DNA of 64,000 nt from Eledone cirrhosa (Eukaryota). Below are positions 52,301 through 64,000 of this stretch, piece after piece. Below the pieces are notes generated by a model, which saw only the letters and a list, made by a program, of their open reading frames with translations, ran no database searches and was not told the DNA's origin. Every line of letters begins with the position of its first letter. Positions within the stretch are counted from its first letter, which is position 1. Both the position numbers and the translations under genes were made by a program. The stretch spans positions 331,576,001-331,640,000 of the forward strand of contig OZ024740.1 of assembly GCA_964016885.1 (NCBI GenBank), written 5' to 3'.

Positions 52301-54850
52301 CTTGCCAGAACACTTCTTTATGCGGAGTTGTCTACATTCTACACGTGGAATAAATCTTCCCGCTGTTTGCAAAGGAGAAAGCGCGGATGCATTTCACAAA
52401 GGGATGCTTCGATGCGTGAGTCTGATGCCCTCTCAAGAGTGTACACAGTTCACCCGCTCAATTCAGAATGCTTTCACCTTCGTCTTCTATTGCACGTTGT
52501 CAAAGGTCCAACTTCCTTTGAAGACCTTCGTACTGCCAATGGCCATATTTGTTCAACATTTAAAGAGGCCTGCTCCAAATTAGGTCTTCTCGATAATCAT
52601 CACTATGACCACGCCCTCCATGAAGCATCAATGTTGCAGTCATCAAATTGCTCTTCGTAAGCTTTTCGCCGTTATGCTGGTGTACTGCAGTCTTGTGAAT
52701 CCACAGTCTTTCTGGGAGAAATATCGCGACAGCATGTGCTTGGACATCCTAATGCAATCTCGCTTCGCGTCCACACACATGAATTTACAGTTTACACCTG
52801 AAATGTATAACTGCGGTCTCATATTTCTAGAAGATATACTTTTGTAAATGGGTGACCGTTCCTTGAAGAACTGCTGCATGGAATCCCCTAAAAGAGAAAA
52901 TTAGGCTGTTTGTAACCGCCCCCTACTAAGGGAGACATGCTACTATTTTCCAGGCTTCTGTCCTACGTTCAAGAAAGAGAAAAGCTTTTGAATCTTGAAC
53001 AAGCTGATGTTATACTTTTGTTTTGACCATGCTTGAAGACACCAACGGTGGCAGCCACTTCCTTGATCCACCAGATGGCACAGGAAAGACATTTCTCCTC
53101 AACCTCCATCTTGCCAAAGTTCGCCAACGTGGACAGATTTCTATTGCAATACGTCTTCGGGAATAGCAGCAACACTGCTAGACGGCAGCAGATCAGTCCA
53201 TTCAAAAGTTAAGCTTCCCCTTAACATCGGTCATGTTGAAAATCCGACCACCAATATAAAGAAGAATTCTGATGAGGCTGCTGTCTTTCAAAAATGCAAA
53301 TTGATTGTCTGGGACGAGACAAGAGCACTTGATGCAATCAATACAACGCTACAATACCTGCGCTCCAACTCTAAACCGTTTGGTGGCGTCGTTCTGCTTC
53401 TTGCTGGGGATTTTCGTCAAACACTTCCGATTGTCCCTAAAGGCCAAGCAGTTTGATGAAATAGATGCTTGCATTAAACATTCTCATCTTTGGCGCTTCG
53501 TCCAGTCGGGAGAGTTAACCATCAACATGCGATCGATTCTCCACAAACAAGACGGTGTCAATTACTTTGCTTCAAAGTTATTGGATGTTGGTAATGGGAA
53601 CTTACCAATCGACGTAAACGGTTTGGTTGACATAAGTATGATCGGTAACTACGTCTCCAGCCCTGAGGACATGTGCACAAGAGTTTACCCCGACCTCTCA
53701 ACAAATTACGTCAGTCATCAATGGATGTGAGAAAGGGCCATCTCAGCTCCTACAAATGCCACCGTCCAAGCTCTTAACACATGTCTGTTCGTCAACTTCT
53801 TTCCCAAGAGCGATGTTATGCTTCGATTGATTCGATTACGGATCCGACGGAAGTAACGTGTTATCCAACAGAGTTTTTAAAGTCACAAGAGCCATCGGGA
53901 ATGCCACCGCATAAACTCTGCCTAAGACTTTGAAGTCCCATCATACTCTTGAGAAACTTGGAACCTCCTCGGCTAGGTTATAACGCAACTGTTGGATGAC
54001 GTTCTCGAGGCTACAATCATTACGGGAAAAGGCGCTGGCGACTCTGTTTTTATTTCCCGAGTTCCACTTATTCCAACTGACTGTGTCTTTCCGATGAAAA
54101 GAGTCCAATTCCCCATTCGATTAAGTTTTGCAATGACCATTAACAAAGCCCAGGGGCAGTCACTAAAAGTGGTTGGGCTGGACCTCAGTACTCCATGCAT
54201 TTCAGACGGACAACTGTATGTGGGATGTTCAAGAGGTGGAAACTCGACCAATCTCTTTTACTACGCTCCCGGAAGATTGACAAAAAATGTGGTTTATAAG
54301 GCAATCCTCCAATAGGTTTTCCGTGGAGTTGAAAGCCCCTTCAGATTGGTCCTTATTGCGATTACTTACTTTTCACAATAGGTAATGTTACTCTTCCAAC
54401 AAATAGCCATTGATGAAATCAACCATTTTTTCATTTCAATGGACAGCCTTGCACATGCCCCAGGATATTTCATAATTCAATTAAACATGTAGTTTCTTAC
54501 AGAATGCCTTCATGTCAACCGAACTTTCGTGTATGCTTTTTGTACCGATTCTTCAAACATTCAGTCAATTAAACGACATTCCAAACGATATATTCATTTT
54601 TCCCTATTTTCACATTTTTCTCTATTTTCTATTTTCGATATTTCTCTATTTTCACATTTTAATGACAGATATCTGTAAATAAAACATGCTCTTTTTGAAT
54701 ACCGTCTCATTTTTTATTGAAAGAGTTGATCACGTAAAATTATCCTCCATGTTAAACATCGACAAGACGGAATTTCACCATTAAGACTGCAGTCCTACCA
54801 AGAACTAACACTGCCCAGTGGACGGTGATGGGGAGGGGGTCATTTGCTAG
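49400..54850 (+). mobile_element. Decayed autonomous Helitron (Rep HUH + PIF1-like helicase); boundaries approximate
   Basis: MPRKSKSHVGRKTRNA start, CCSNRTVRL, FLRNIRAYNSAFQMTSFG, YDALQYPLLF, VEWQKRGLPHPHILLWL, DGTGKTFLLN, GDFRQ, QFPIRLSFAMTINKAQGQSL; candidate 3' end ..tttgCTAG|t at 54847-54850. Confidence 0.93.
49860..54315 (+). pseudogene. Helitron RepHel pseudogene (many frameshifts/stops, one GT-AG intron 51204-51292)
   Basis: Motifs spread over ORFs 49818, 50319, 51613, 52050, 52328, 52605, 53305 and 53992. Confidence 0.9.
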
Positions 54851-55159
54851 TTGCATAATAAAGGCAGTAGTTGATTCAATTGAGTACAAAATGGGACGCG
54901 AATATCGTAGTAGATATTTTCTCGTGTTTTTATTGGTGCTCAACAATAAAAACCCAAATGCTGAGATTTTCTGGGTAGCATATACCGACTTACGCAGCAA
55001 CATGGCTAAACGTTTAAGAAATGATCCAGTAGCTGAATGTAAACGGGTGAATTTTCTATCAACCCTGTGATAGGAATCTAGAGTTTGAGAATTAGAACTA
55101 TTTACGAAACATCTGCACAATCTTGAAGGCACCAGTAATGCCACTGCTGTTGACTTTCT

Positions 55160-55351
55160 ATTAGTGGATTGGTAGTATAAGTAGAAAGTCGGACGCCATG
55201 CTTTGAAGCATAGAGTTACGGCCCTTGTCATTCTGAGTTCAAATCCCGCCGAGGTTAACTTTGCCTTTCATCCTTACGGGGTTGCTAATTTAAAGTAGCA
55301 GTAATGCACTGGTTAATTGCTGGCTTTGTGCCAAAAGTAGAAACAATTATT
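55160..55351 (+). mobile_element. tRNA-derived SINE (octopus-type)
   Basis: gtggattggtagtat..tctgagttcaaatcccgccgaggttaactttgcctttcatcc..gctggctttgtgccaaaagtagaaac. Confidence 0.85.
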
Positions 55352-56046
55352 CATACTATATCGTACATATTGGTTTAAGGAGAAAACATGTTATACTTTC
55401 AGATATATATGTGTATCTGAAAATTTGTGAGTTCACACAGCGTTGTTCGGAAAAACCTTCTGCTGATGAAGCAATGAAAATATGTTCAATAATGTTTTGA
55501 TGGAAAACATAACCACTGTGAATGAAAGGTGTAGCTGTAATTGTCTGATCAGTTCCGTGTGTAGAAACTATTATGATATGTTATCCAATGTTTATTTCCT
55601 ACATTAACGCTGTCTCCGTTACTATTCAACACTTGAGTTGGGTCTGGGCTATAGATATCACACGTCCTTACGTTCAATTCCTCTCCCTCATTGGGAGACT
55701 ACAAATAGCGTGAGGCGGATTAGGTGTTTAGATGAAAACATACTATAAGATTGAATACGATAAATATACGGGACTCTTGTCATTAAAGAAAAACAATTTT
55801 TCGTTACGAAAAAAATATTTTTCTCAGTTTATTTCTCTGAATATGTCATATAATGAAAATAGCAGCAGAATATGCCAGACATCCTTATTTCCAGATCCGT
55901 TAGTTTCTCACCAGTGATAATCACTCATTCGGTATTGACATGCAGATAGCCTAAAGTCTATAGATTTTGCCTGAACATTTGCTGGAGATGGCCTTTAAGC
56001 GTAACAGTGGTACATTTGAAAATATAGTGGTTGTATTATGTGTGTG

Positions 56047-56136
<90 letters not shown>

Positions 56137-56221
56137 AAATTTGAACGGGAACAAAACAGAAAGGCAGTACGAACAAAGGTTTATTAGTTTCACGCACTTG
56201 AGAGTCGGGTGGTGGTGGGGA

Positions 56222-56253
56222 ACGACGTTTCAAGCATAAGCCCTTCTTCAGGT
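56222..56253 (-). ncRNA. Minimal hammerhead of Penelope pLTR type (element about 56132-56660, ending at TA tract)
   Basis: - strand: ac CTGAAGA agggc-ttat-gctt GAAAC GTC gt. Confidence 0.7.
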
Positions 56254-56806
56254 GAAAAGTGTTTGGGAAGAGAGTTCCAAGGGTGTGTAGGGGAGTGGTG
56301 GCGAGACATATAGCAAAAAGGGGGTGAGAGGAAACGCTGCAAATGAAATTAAAAATAAAGGCATGATCAAAATAAAATTAAAATGGAGTAAAACAGGTGG
56401 TGGAAGGGTGTGGGGCGTGTAGGGGTGGTGGCGGGTGGAGTGGGGAGAGGGAGACGGAGTGTCCGAGCGGAGAGGGCTGAAGGTGGTGTGTGTGTGTAGG
56501 TGTACGTGTGTGTGTGTGCGTGTGTGTATGTGAAAGCAAGGGTTGGGGGAAGAACGGGGTTGCATGTTCAGGAAGAGGTGGTGTGGGTGGGGTGTAGGTC
56601 GGTTTTGAAAACAGAGTTTAGGATAAATGAAAGTGAGGCTGAAATAAAATAACGGGCATAACATGCGTTCTTTCACTCACACATGCGCTCACACAGGCAC
56701 ACAATCACATACACGTACTCAAAATTGCCGTAAAAAATATATATACACGCATCTCTCCATACATGCATATATATATATATATATAAATATATATATATCT
56801 TCACAT

Positions 56807-56850
<44 letters not shown>

Positions 56851-56957
56851 TTATGTATATATATATATATTTAAATGAAAAGTATAGAAATTATTGTGAG
56901 CAAGGAGCCAACAGTATTTCATAATATATAAATATGTTTGTGTGGATATATGTATAA

Positions 56958-57029
<72 letters not shown>

Positions 57030-57423
57030 ACACAAACACAGACATACAAACATCTGCATATATATTTTACAGACATGCATATGCTCACAGACACGCACGC
57101 TTACACTAGAGTGTGCGCACAGACGTAATCGTAAAGATATATATACACATAGACATACTAACATGCATACAGATACATAACATATACGCGCACACATGTA
57201 TAGCTAAGAAACAACATACGTACATAAATTCATATACAAAAGACATCATACACGCATGCATTACATCTCACTGGATAAGTAGCGAGGGGAACAGATATGG
57301 AAATAAATAAAAACAAAAATAAAAAATAAAAAGGCAGAAAAAAACAGGTTGACAACGAAAGGGGGAAAAATAAATATAAAAATAAATATATACACACACA
57401 CACATATATATATATACATATAC

Positions 57424-57540
<117 letters not shown>

Positions 57541-58837
57541 ATAAATACAATGTCGGAGAAAGCTTTTTAGCGATACTCCGGCCAAATTCCAACTCACTCA
57601 ACAAACATTAGGAAATAAGTGATTATATTCCCAATTATGCGTTCGGGGTGCTAACTAAAAGTATTGCGTGGAAAAGTGGCTGTATTATTTGATATGAGAC
57701 ATATCTAAGATATCTCTTCCCAGACGGACGTCTCGTTTCATTATAGGATTCCTACAATTTGGGTGAAATTATACCAATTTATGTAGGAGCTTGTATACCA
57801 TCAATAGATATATATTCAAGTGGGCTCCTATAATTTATCAGTGGGTGCCCCAATAATACTAATATTGATAATCTAACCAACATCAGTATTTAGCGATAAT
57901 CATCATCTGTGCCTGAGGTATCTGTCAGGTTGCCAGTCCAGCAATTCTAAAGAAGTGCTCAAACTGCTTCAAAAAATGCGGATGTAAATTACCGCCAAAA
58001 AAACAATACATGCGCATGACAATGAACTCTGAAAGGAATTCAGGCCACGTGCTAAGAACTCAATTGGAAATTGAAAAATATATCTATGTGTGTACAACAT
58101 TTGATGACACACACAGATATTTTCTCGGGCAAAATAACAGAATGAGATATAAGGAACAATCAATATTCATATGTAAAAAATAAACAAAGAAATGCTAACC
58201 TTATACCGGGAATTTTTTTCAAATCTGCTGCACCAAGAGTAAATAAATAAATACAATATCGGAGAAAGCTTTTTAGCGATACTCCGGCCAAATTCCAACT
58301 CACTCAACAAACATTAGGAAATAAGTGATTATATTCCCAATTATGCGTTCGGGGTGCTAACTAAAAGTATTGCGTGGAAAATTGCCTGTATTATTTCATA
58401 TGAGACATATCTAATATCTCTTCCCAGACGGACGTCTCGTTTCATTATAGGATTCCTACAATTTGGGTGAAATTATACCAATTTATGAAGGAGCTTGTAT
58501 ACCATCAATAGATATATATTCAAGTGGGCTCCTATAATTCATCAGTGGTGCCCCAATAATACTAATATTGATAATCTAACCAACATCAGTATTTAGCGAT
58601 AATCATCATCTGTGCCTGAGGTATCTGTCAGGTTGCCAGTCCAGCAATTCTAAAGAAGTGCTCAAACTGCTTCAAAAAATGCGGAAGTAAATTACCGCCA
58701 AAAAAACAATACATGCGCATGACAATGAACTCTGAAAGGAATTCAGGCCACGTGCTAAGAACTCAATTGGAAATTAAAAAAATATCTATGGGTGTACAAC
58801 ATTTGAGGACACACACAGATATTTTTTCGGGCAAAAT
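57541..58837 (+). repeat. Near-tandem duplication of about 595 bp (57541-58137 and 58247-58837) between TA tracts
   Basis: ataaatacaat.tcggagaaagc...tcgggcaaaata occurs twice with few differences. Confidence 0.92.
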
Positions 58838-59047
58838 ATATATATATATATATATATAAATATATGCAAAAGTTCTATTTAAATTGTTGGGATACAACAT
58901 GCAAATATTTTCTCCGTCTTATTTCCTTCTCCGTAACACAATGACTTAGTAAGATAAACAAATCCAATATCCCTGATGTCTTCCAAAAGTAACGGTTACA
59001 TTTTGAAAGGGTATGTCAAAATTTATTTATAAAACTGGTATATATTG

Positions 59048-59112
59048 TATTTTGTCTGATGAAAGCATACCATAATTTAACATGGTATCCTTGAAATATG
59101 TATAATAAAATA
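59048..59112 (+). ncRNA. Type I hammerhead (family A)
   Basis: tattttgt CTGATGA aagcataccat-aatttaac-atggtatcctt GAAA tatgt ATA ataaaata. Confidence 0.8.
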
Positions 59113-59151
59113 GATATGGTTTTATAAATATAGTTTCCATTTGTTAATATC

Positions 59152-59224
<73 letters not shown>

Positions 59225-59226
<2 letters not shown>

Positions 59227-59650
59227 AAAGTTCTATTTAAATTGTTGGGATACAACAAGCAAATATTTTTATAACTGATATAAAGCACTGAACAAATATT
59301 TGGAGTAAAAATACGATATGAAAAAATGGAAACTATATTTATAAAACCATATCTATTTCCTTATACATATTTCAAGGACACCAAGTTAAATTATGGTGTG
59401 CTTTCATCAGATAAAATATAATATAGATCAGTTTTATCAATAAATATTGACATACCCTTAAAGAATGCAACCATTGCTTCCAACAGCAATGGTTGCATTA
59501 TTTAAGGGTATGTCAATATTTATTGATAAAACTGATCTATATTATATTTTATCTGATGAAAGCACACCATGATTTAACTTGGTGTCCTTGAAATATGTAT
59601 AAGGAAATAGATATGGTTTTATAAATATAGTTTCCATTTTTAATATCGTA
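59225..59650 (-). mobile_element. Family A fold-back element, about 160-bp arms around 59482, hammerheads on both strands (59354-59418 -, 59545-59609 +)
   Basis: ..gcaaccattgct-tccaac-agcaatggttgc.. centre; CTGATGA aagcacacca..tggtgtcctt GAAA in each arm. Confidence 0.85.
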
Positions 59651-60918
59651 TATATATATATATATATATGAATGTGAAACAATATTGTCTCAGATTAAAA
59701 ATTCTTGTAGTGCTTTTATTATTTATACTATTATTAATATTAGATTAAGGGTTTCTACTTTAACATTGACACTGTTAATCTGATCTCTTGTTAAGTACGT
59801 ATGACCTTTAGATTGTTTAAATACATTTAATTTTGGTTTTCATATTTTCTAAATCTTATATCTTATATATTTGATACCTTTAATGTATTCAGTCTTGGAA
59901 ACCGTTTAATTACTTTGAATGGTTATTTACGATTCACGAGGATATGATTATACATTTATAGTATAAAAGTCTCCTTAGATCCAAGTTGATAAATTTTTTT
60001 TTGTATACTTAAATTGATTTAAAATTTTAAATACAGTAAAATCTAGTTGAATTAAATTTATAACACTCTTAACAGTAATTATACTATATATAAGTGACTA
60101 ATATCGTCTTAAACCTTAACATTTATAGTCTATATATAAATTATACAAATGTGTATATCTAGATAAATCTGGTTTAATAGTATCTTATTAAATACATTTA
60201 TAATGCTTTATGACTTATTAATAACATTTTAATTTTAATGTTTTTTTAACTAATATATTGATTATATTCTTAATTTTAATATACTTTTAAATATACTTGT
60301 GAATACCTTTGTAGTTATGATAAACATATATTTATCTCTTTCACGTTACATTTGCTTGAACTCAGATATAATACAATAATATAAATCCTTTAAAATGTTA
60401 TAGTCTAAATTCTTATGTCATTTGATTAATTGACTATTTTTAATTAACTTAAGATTTGAAAATAAACGGGCACGCATTATTCTTTCCCCCTATCTAATTA
60501 TACGCTATTTACATGTTACAACGCATATCTTCCTCCCTTTGATTATATGAATTAACTTATTTTCCTCTCTCTATCATTTGATCATTTCTCCCTTCTCTTG
60601 TTCCTACGATCAATCTCCTTCTTTTTATCTCTTTCCTCAAGATTTGCTATCTCAATCTACCACTTCCACTATCAACAATAATGAGGTATGAATATATTAT
60701 TATTATTTAAATTTTTAACAGTTATATAAGTTTATGTATTATATATTATTAATTATTTATATATCTTTTTATACAATCTCATACGCACCCTCTGTATTAT
60801 GTGTAATGTTTCATGTTTCAACCTAAGTTATGTAAATATCGAGTTTTGTCATAACTAATCACTGCCATGACTAAATTATAACCATCAACATAGTCAAGGT
60901 ATATCAGGCATCAACTTA

Positions 60919-60980
60919 TTTTATCTGATGAAAACGTACTGTTGAAATAGCCCAGTATCTCTGAAATATGTTTAATAAAA
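60919..60980 (+). ncRNA. Type I hammerhead (diverged family A relative)
   Basis: ttttat CTGATGA aaacgtactg..cagtatctct GAAA tatgt TTA ataaaa. Confidence 0.65.
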
Positions 60981-61024
60981 CATATTAGATCACATGAATG
61001 TCTATATTTATTAATATTTTGAAG

Positions 61025-61131
<107 letters not shown>

Positions 61132-61173
61132 TGTATGTATATATATATATACATACATACACAAACACACACA

Positions 61174-61227
<54 letters not shown>

Positions 61228-61261
61228 AAGATATTAATAAATGGAAACTATAATTATAAAA

Positions 61262-62250
61262 CAATATATATATATATAAATGGAAAAAATGAAATTTCAT
61301 TTCTCACTCTTAGTACGGCTGATACTAAATTATAAGTATGTGTACGTACATACATATATGTATACAGACATACGGTAGTATGTATATACATACTACTGTA
61401 CGTCTGTATACATATATGTATGTAGGTATACATACACATATATATACATATAGATATATATACAATGATATTAAATAAATGGAAACTATATTTATAAAAC
61501 AATATTTATTTTATTATATATATTTCAAGGGCGACCAAGCCAATCTATCCAGCGAATTTCCGACCGTTAAGGTGTGATTTCCATGGGTAGTCGTTATTTA
61601 TAAAACATATTTTGTATATTATCTGATGAAAGCGCACCAAGGTGGGCTTGGTCGCCCTTGAAATATATATAATAAAATAAATATGGTTTTATAATTATAG
61701 TTTCCATTTATTAATATCTTGGAATATTTACTACAGTAACGTGTTGAGTGCTTTATATCAGTTATAAACATTTATATTTGTCGGATTTCCAAAAAATTAA
61801 ACTTCTACATATATATATACATATATATATAGACAGACACATAAACATATATATGTACAGACACGTAAAAATACTCGTATATATACATAAACACGCACAC
61901 ATATATTTATACATAGATACATATGAAATTATAATAATAAACATATACATAATTATAAATATATATACATATAGACAAAAACGTATATATATATATATAA
62001 ATGGAAAAAATGAAATTTCATTTCTCACTCTTAGTAGGGCTGACACTAAATTATAAGTATGTATACGTACATACATATATGTATACAGACATACGGTAGT
62101 ATGTATATACATACTACTGTACGTCTGTATACATATATGTATGTACGTGTACATACACATATATATACATATAGATATATATACAATGATATTAAATAAA
62201 TGGAAACAATATTTACGAAACCATATTTATTCTATTATATATATTTCAAC
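61262..62250 (+). repeat. Direct duplication of about 260 bp (61262-61527 and 61985-62247)
   Basis: aaatggaaaaaatgaaatttcatttctcactcttagt...attaaataaatggaaac occurs twice. Confidence 0.85.
61615..61679 (+). ncRNA. Type I hammerhead (family A)
   Basis: tatattat CTGATGA aagcgcaccaag-gtggg-cttggtcgccctt GAAA tatat ATA ataaaata. Confidence 0.78.
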
Positions 62251-62288
62251 GGTACCAATGCATTGGTACGCTTTCATCAGATAAAATA
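62228..62288 (-). ncRNA. Type I hammerhead (family A)
   Basis: - strand: tattttat CTGATGA aagcgtaccaat-gc-attggtaccgtt GAAA tatat ATA atagaata. Confidence 0.8.
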
Positions 62289-62544
62289 CAAAGTTTGTTT
62301 TATAAATATTACCATAACCAGGAAAGAATAACTTAACGGTTCAAGTTTTTCCTGCTTATACATATATATATATATATATATATATAACGAAGGAAATGTG
62401 GTAAGGAACCAGGTGGACCATAACGCACCAAAGTACTCAATACTTAGGGTAGTAGAGTGGGTAATAGGAACAAGTAAGACCCCGACGGCTGAGCTCAAGC
62501 CGTCGAAACGGCTTGAGCTCAGCCGTCGGGGTCTTACTTGTTCC

Positions 62545-62650
<106 letters not shown>

Positions 62651-63085
62651 CGCATACATATACACGTGTGTACATGCATATAAATATATATGCGTTCACA
62701 CAATAACACACACACGTACACATATATATGTATGTGAGAGGACATAAAAGAAAAAAAAACAAAAAACAAAAAAGCGTCACAAGCGTAAACATAAATACAA
62801 GCAACCTAGACGCATATATATATGTGTACACACATACATATATACATATATACAAGCACATATATATTTATATACGCGCATACACAATATCTACATACAC
62901 GACAGAACATACACATAATTGTATACATACATATATACATACATATACACACACATATATATATATATATATATACATATACATACACACACACACACAT
63001 GCATGCATACACACACACACACACACATCCACACACACACACACATATATATAATTAGAATTGGTGCTCTGAAATAGCGATATAT

Positions 63086-63348
63086 AACACCTTGATCACC
63101 TTGACTGTCCAGTCTGTCGGGCGCCAATCGGCGCCGCTGGTCACAGCACGTCGTGCTGTTTTAGCCATAAGATAACGCCATCCCACTGGCTGGGCGGGCA
63201 GGCCGGTACTCAATTCTACAGCTGAGTAAACTGGAGCAACGTGAAATAAAGTGTCTTTCTCAAGGAAACAACACATCACCCGGTTCGAGAATTGAACTCA
63301 CAACCTTTCGATTGCAAGCCCAATTCTTTACCCACTAAGCCATGCGCC
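63086..63348 (-). mobile_element. Full-length tRNA-derived SINE of a second family, inserted in a fold-back element; TSD agcgatatata
   Basis: - strand A-box tggcttagtgg, B-box gttcaattc, core ccttgagaaagacactttatttcacgttgctccag; agcgatatata at 63076-63086 and 63354-63364. Confidence 0.88.
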
Positions 63349-63490
63349 ATCACAGCGATATATATATGAATGTATATACAGTGTATTTTGCAATACACTG
63401 TATGTTTAATTAAAAGCATTTTGAAGACCTTACGCTATTGTTTTAAAGTAGTGACTGTGACTTACTTCTTTTTTCAGCAAACAAAGGAAG

Positions 63491-63540
63491 ATAAGCTGAC
63501 AGATCTCTGTTTCGTACTGTTGGTATTCCTCAGAGCCTAT
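63491..63540 (-). ncRNA. Type I hammerhead ribozyme motif, GUC triplet
   Basis: - strand: ataggct CTGAGGA a-tac-caaca-gta-c GAAA cag-agat-ctG TC agcttat; mirror copy starts near 63975 (+), cut by window end. Confidence 0.8.
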
Positions 63541-64000
63541 CACTCCCTTTGTTTGCTGAAAATTATGAATGTTAGGTTCTTATAGAATTCCAGTAATAAT
63601 CAGGAACTGAATATACAGAGCCGTTGCCGATCCAGCAAAAATTGAAAATTAGAATTGGTGCTCTGAAATAGCGATGTATATATGAATGTATATATAGCGT
63701 ATTTTGCAATACACTGTATGCTTAATTAAAAGCATTTTGAAGACCTTACGCTTTAAAACAATATCGTAAGGCCTTCAAAATGCTTTTAATTAAGCATACA
63801 GTGTATTGCCAAATACACTATATATACATTCATATATACATCGCTATTTCAGAGCACCAATTCTAATTTTCAATTTTTGCTGGACCGGCAACGGCTCTGT
63901 ATAATCAGTTCCTGATTATTAGTGGAATTCTATAAGAATCCAACATTCATAATTTTCAACAGACAAGGGGAGTACTAAGCTCTGATAAATACCAACAGTA

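Larger units (their letters stand above)
63054..64000. mobile_element. Partial-tandem plus fold-back hammerhead element, extends past window end
   Basis: 63054-63086 + 63365-63435 repeats at 63648-63753; about 63520-63752 is inverted in 63766-64000. Confidence 0.8.

Noticed and set aside
55461-55492. ctgatga agcaat gaaa hammerhead-like string
   Set aside because: Stems I and II do not pair
63275-63348. tRNA gene
   Set aside because: A/B boxes belong to a SINE head followed by SINE core and TSD; no complete cloverleaf

Overview
AT-rich, microsatellite-dense eukaryotic non-genic (intergenic or intronic) DNA. The tRNA-derived SINEs resemble those I recall from octopod cephalopods, so an octopus-like host is likely (inference). 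No host protein-coding exon could be supported; almost all short ORFs are translations of (TA)n/(TG)n/(TAA)n tracts. The window is mostly transposon sequence. It holds four R4/Dong-like RLE non-LTR retrotransposons, three of which end in (TAA)n: one intact 1130-aa ORF, one decayed full-length copy and two fragments. It also holds a decayed RTE-type RT, a 5'-truncated Penelope-like element (YRDD RT + CxCx5C + GIY-YIG, Naiad-like), a decayed autonomous Helitron with an intron, a non-autonomous Helitron, mariner remnants and SINEs. The most striking unannotated layer is about 20 type I hammerhead ribozyme motifs (intact to degenerate) from roughly 8-10 unrelated sequence families. Most sit in asymmetric fold-back elements inserted in (TA)n tracts, and some occur as direct-repeat pairs. 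All RNA structures were paired by eye, not computed.
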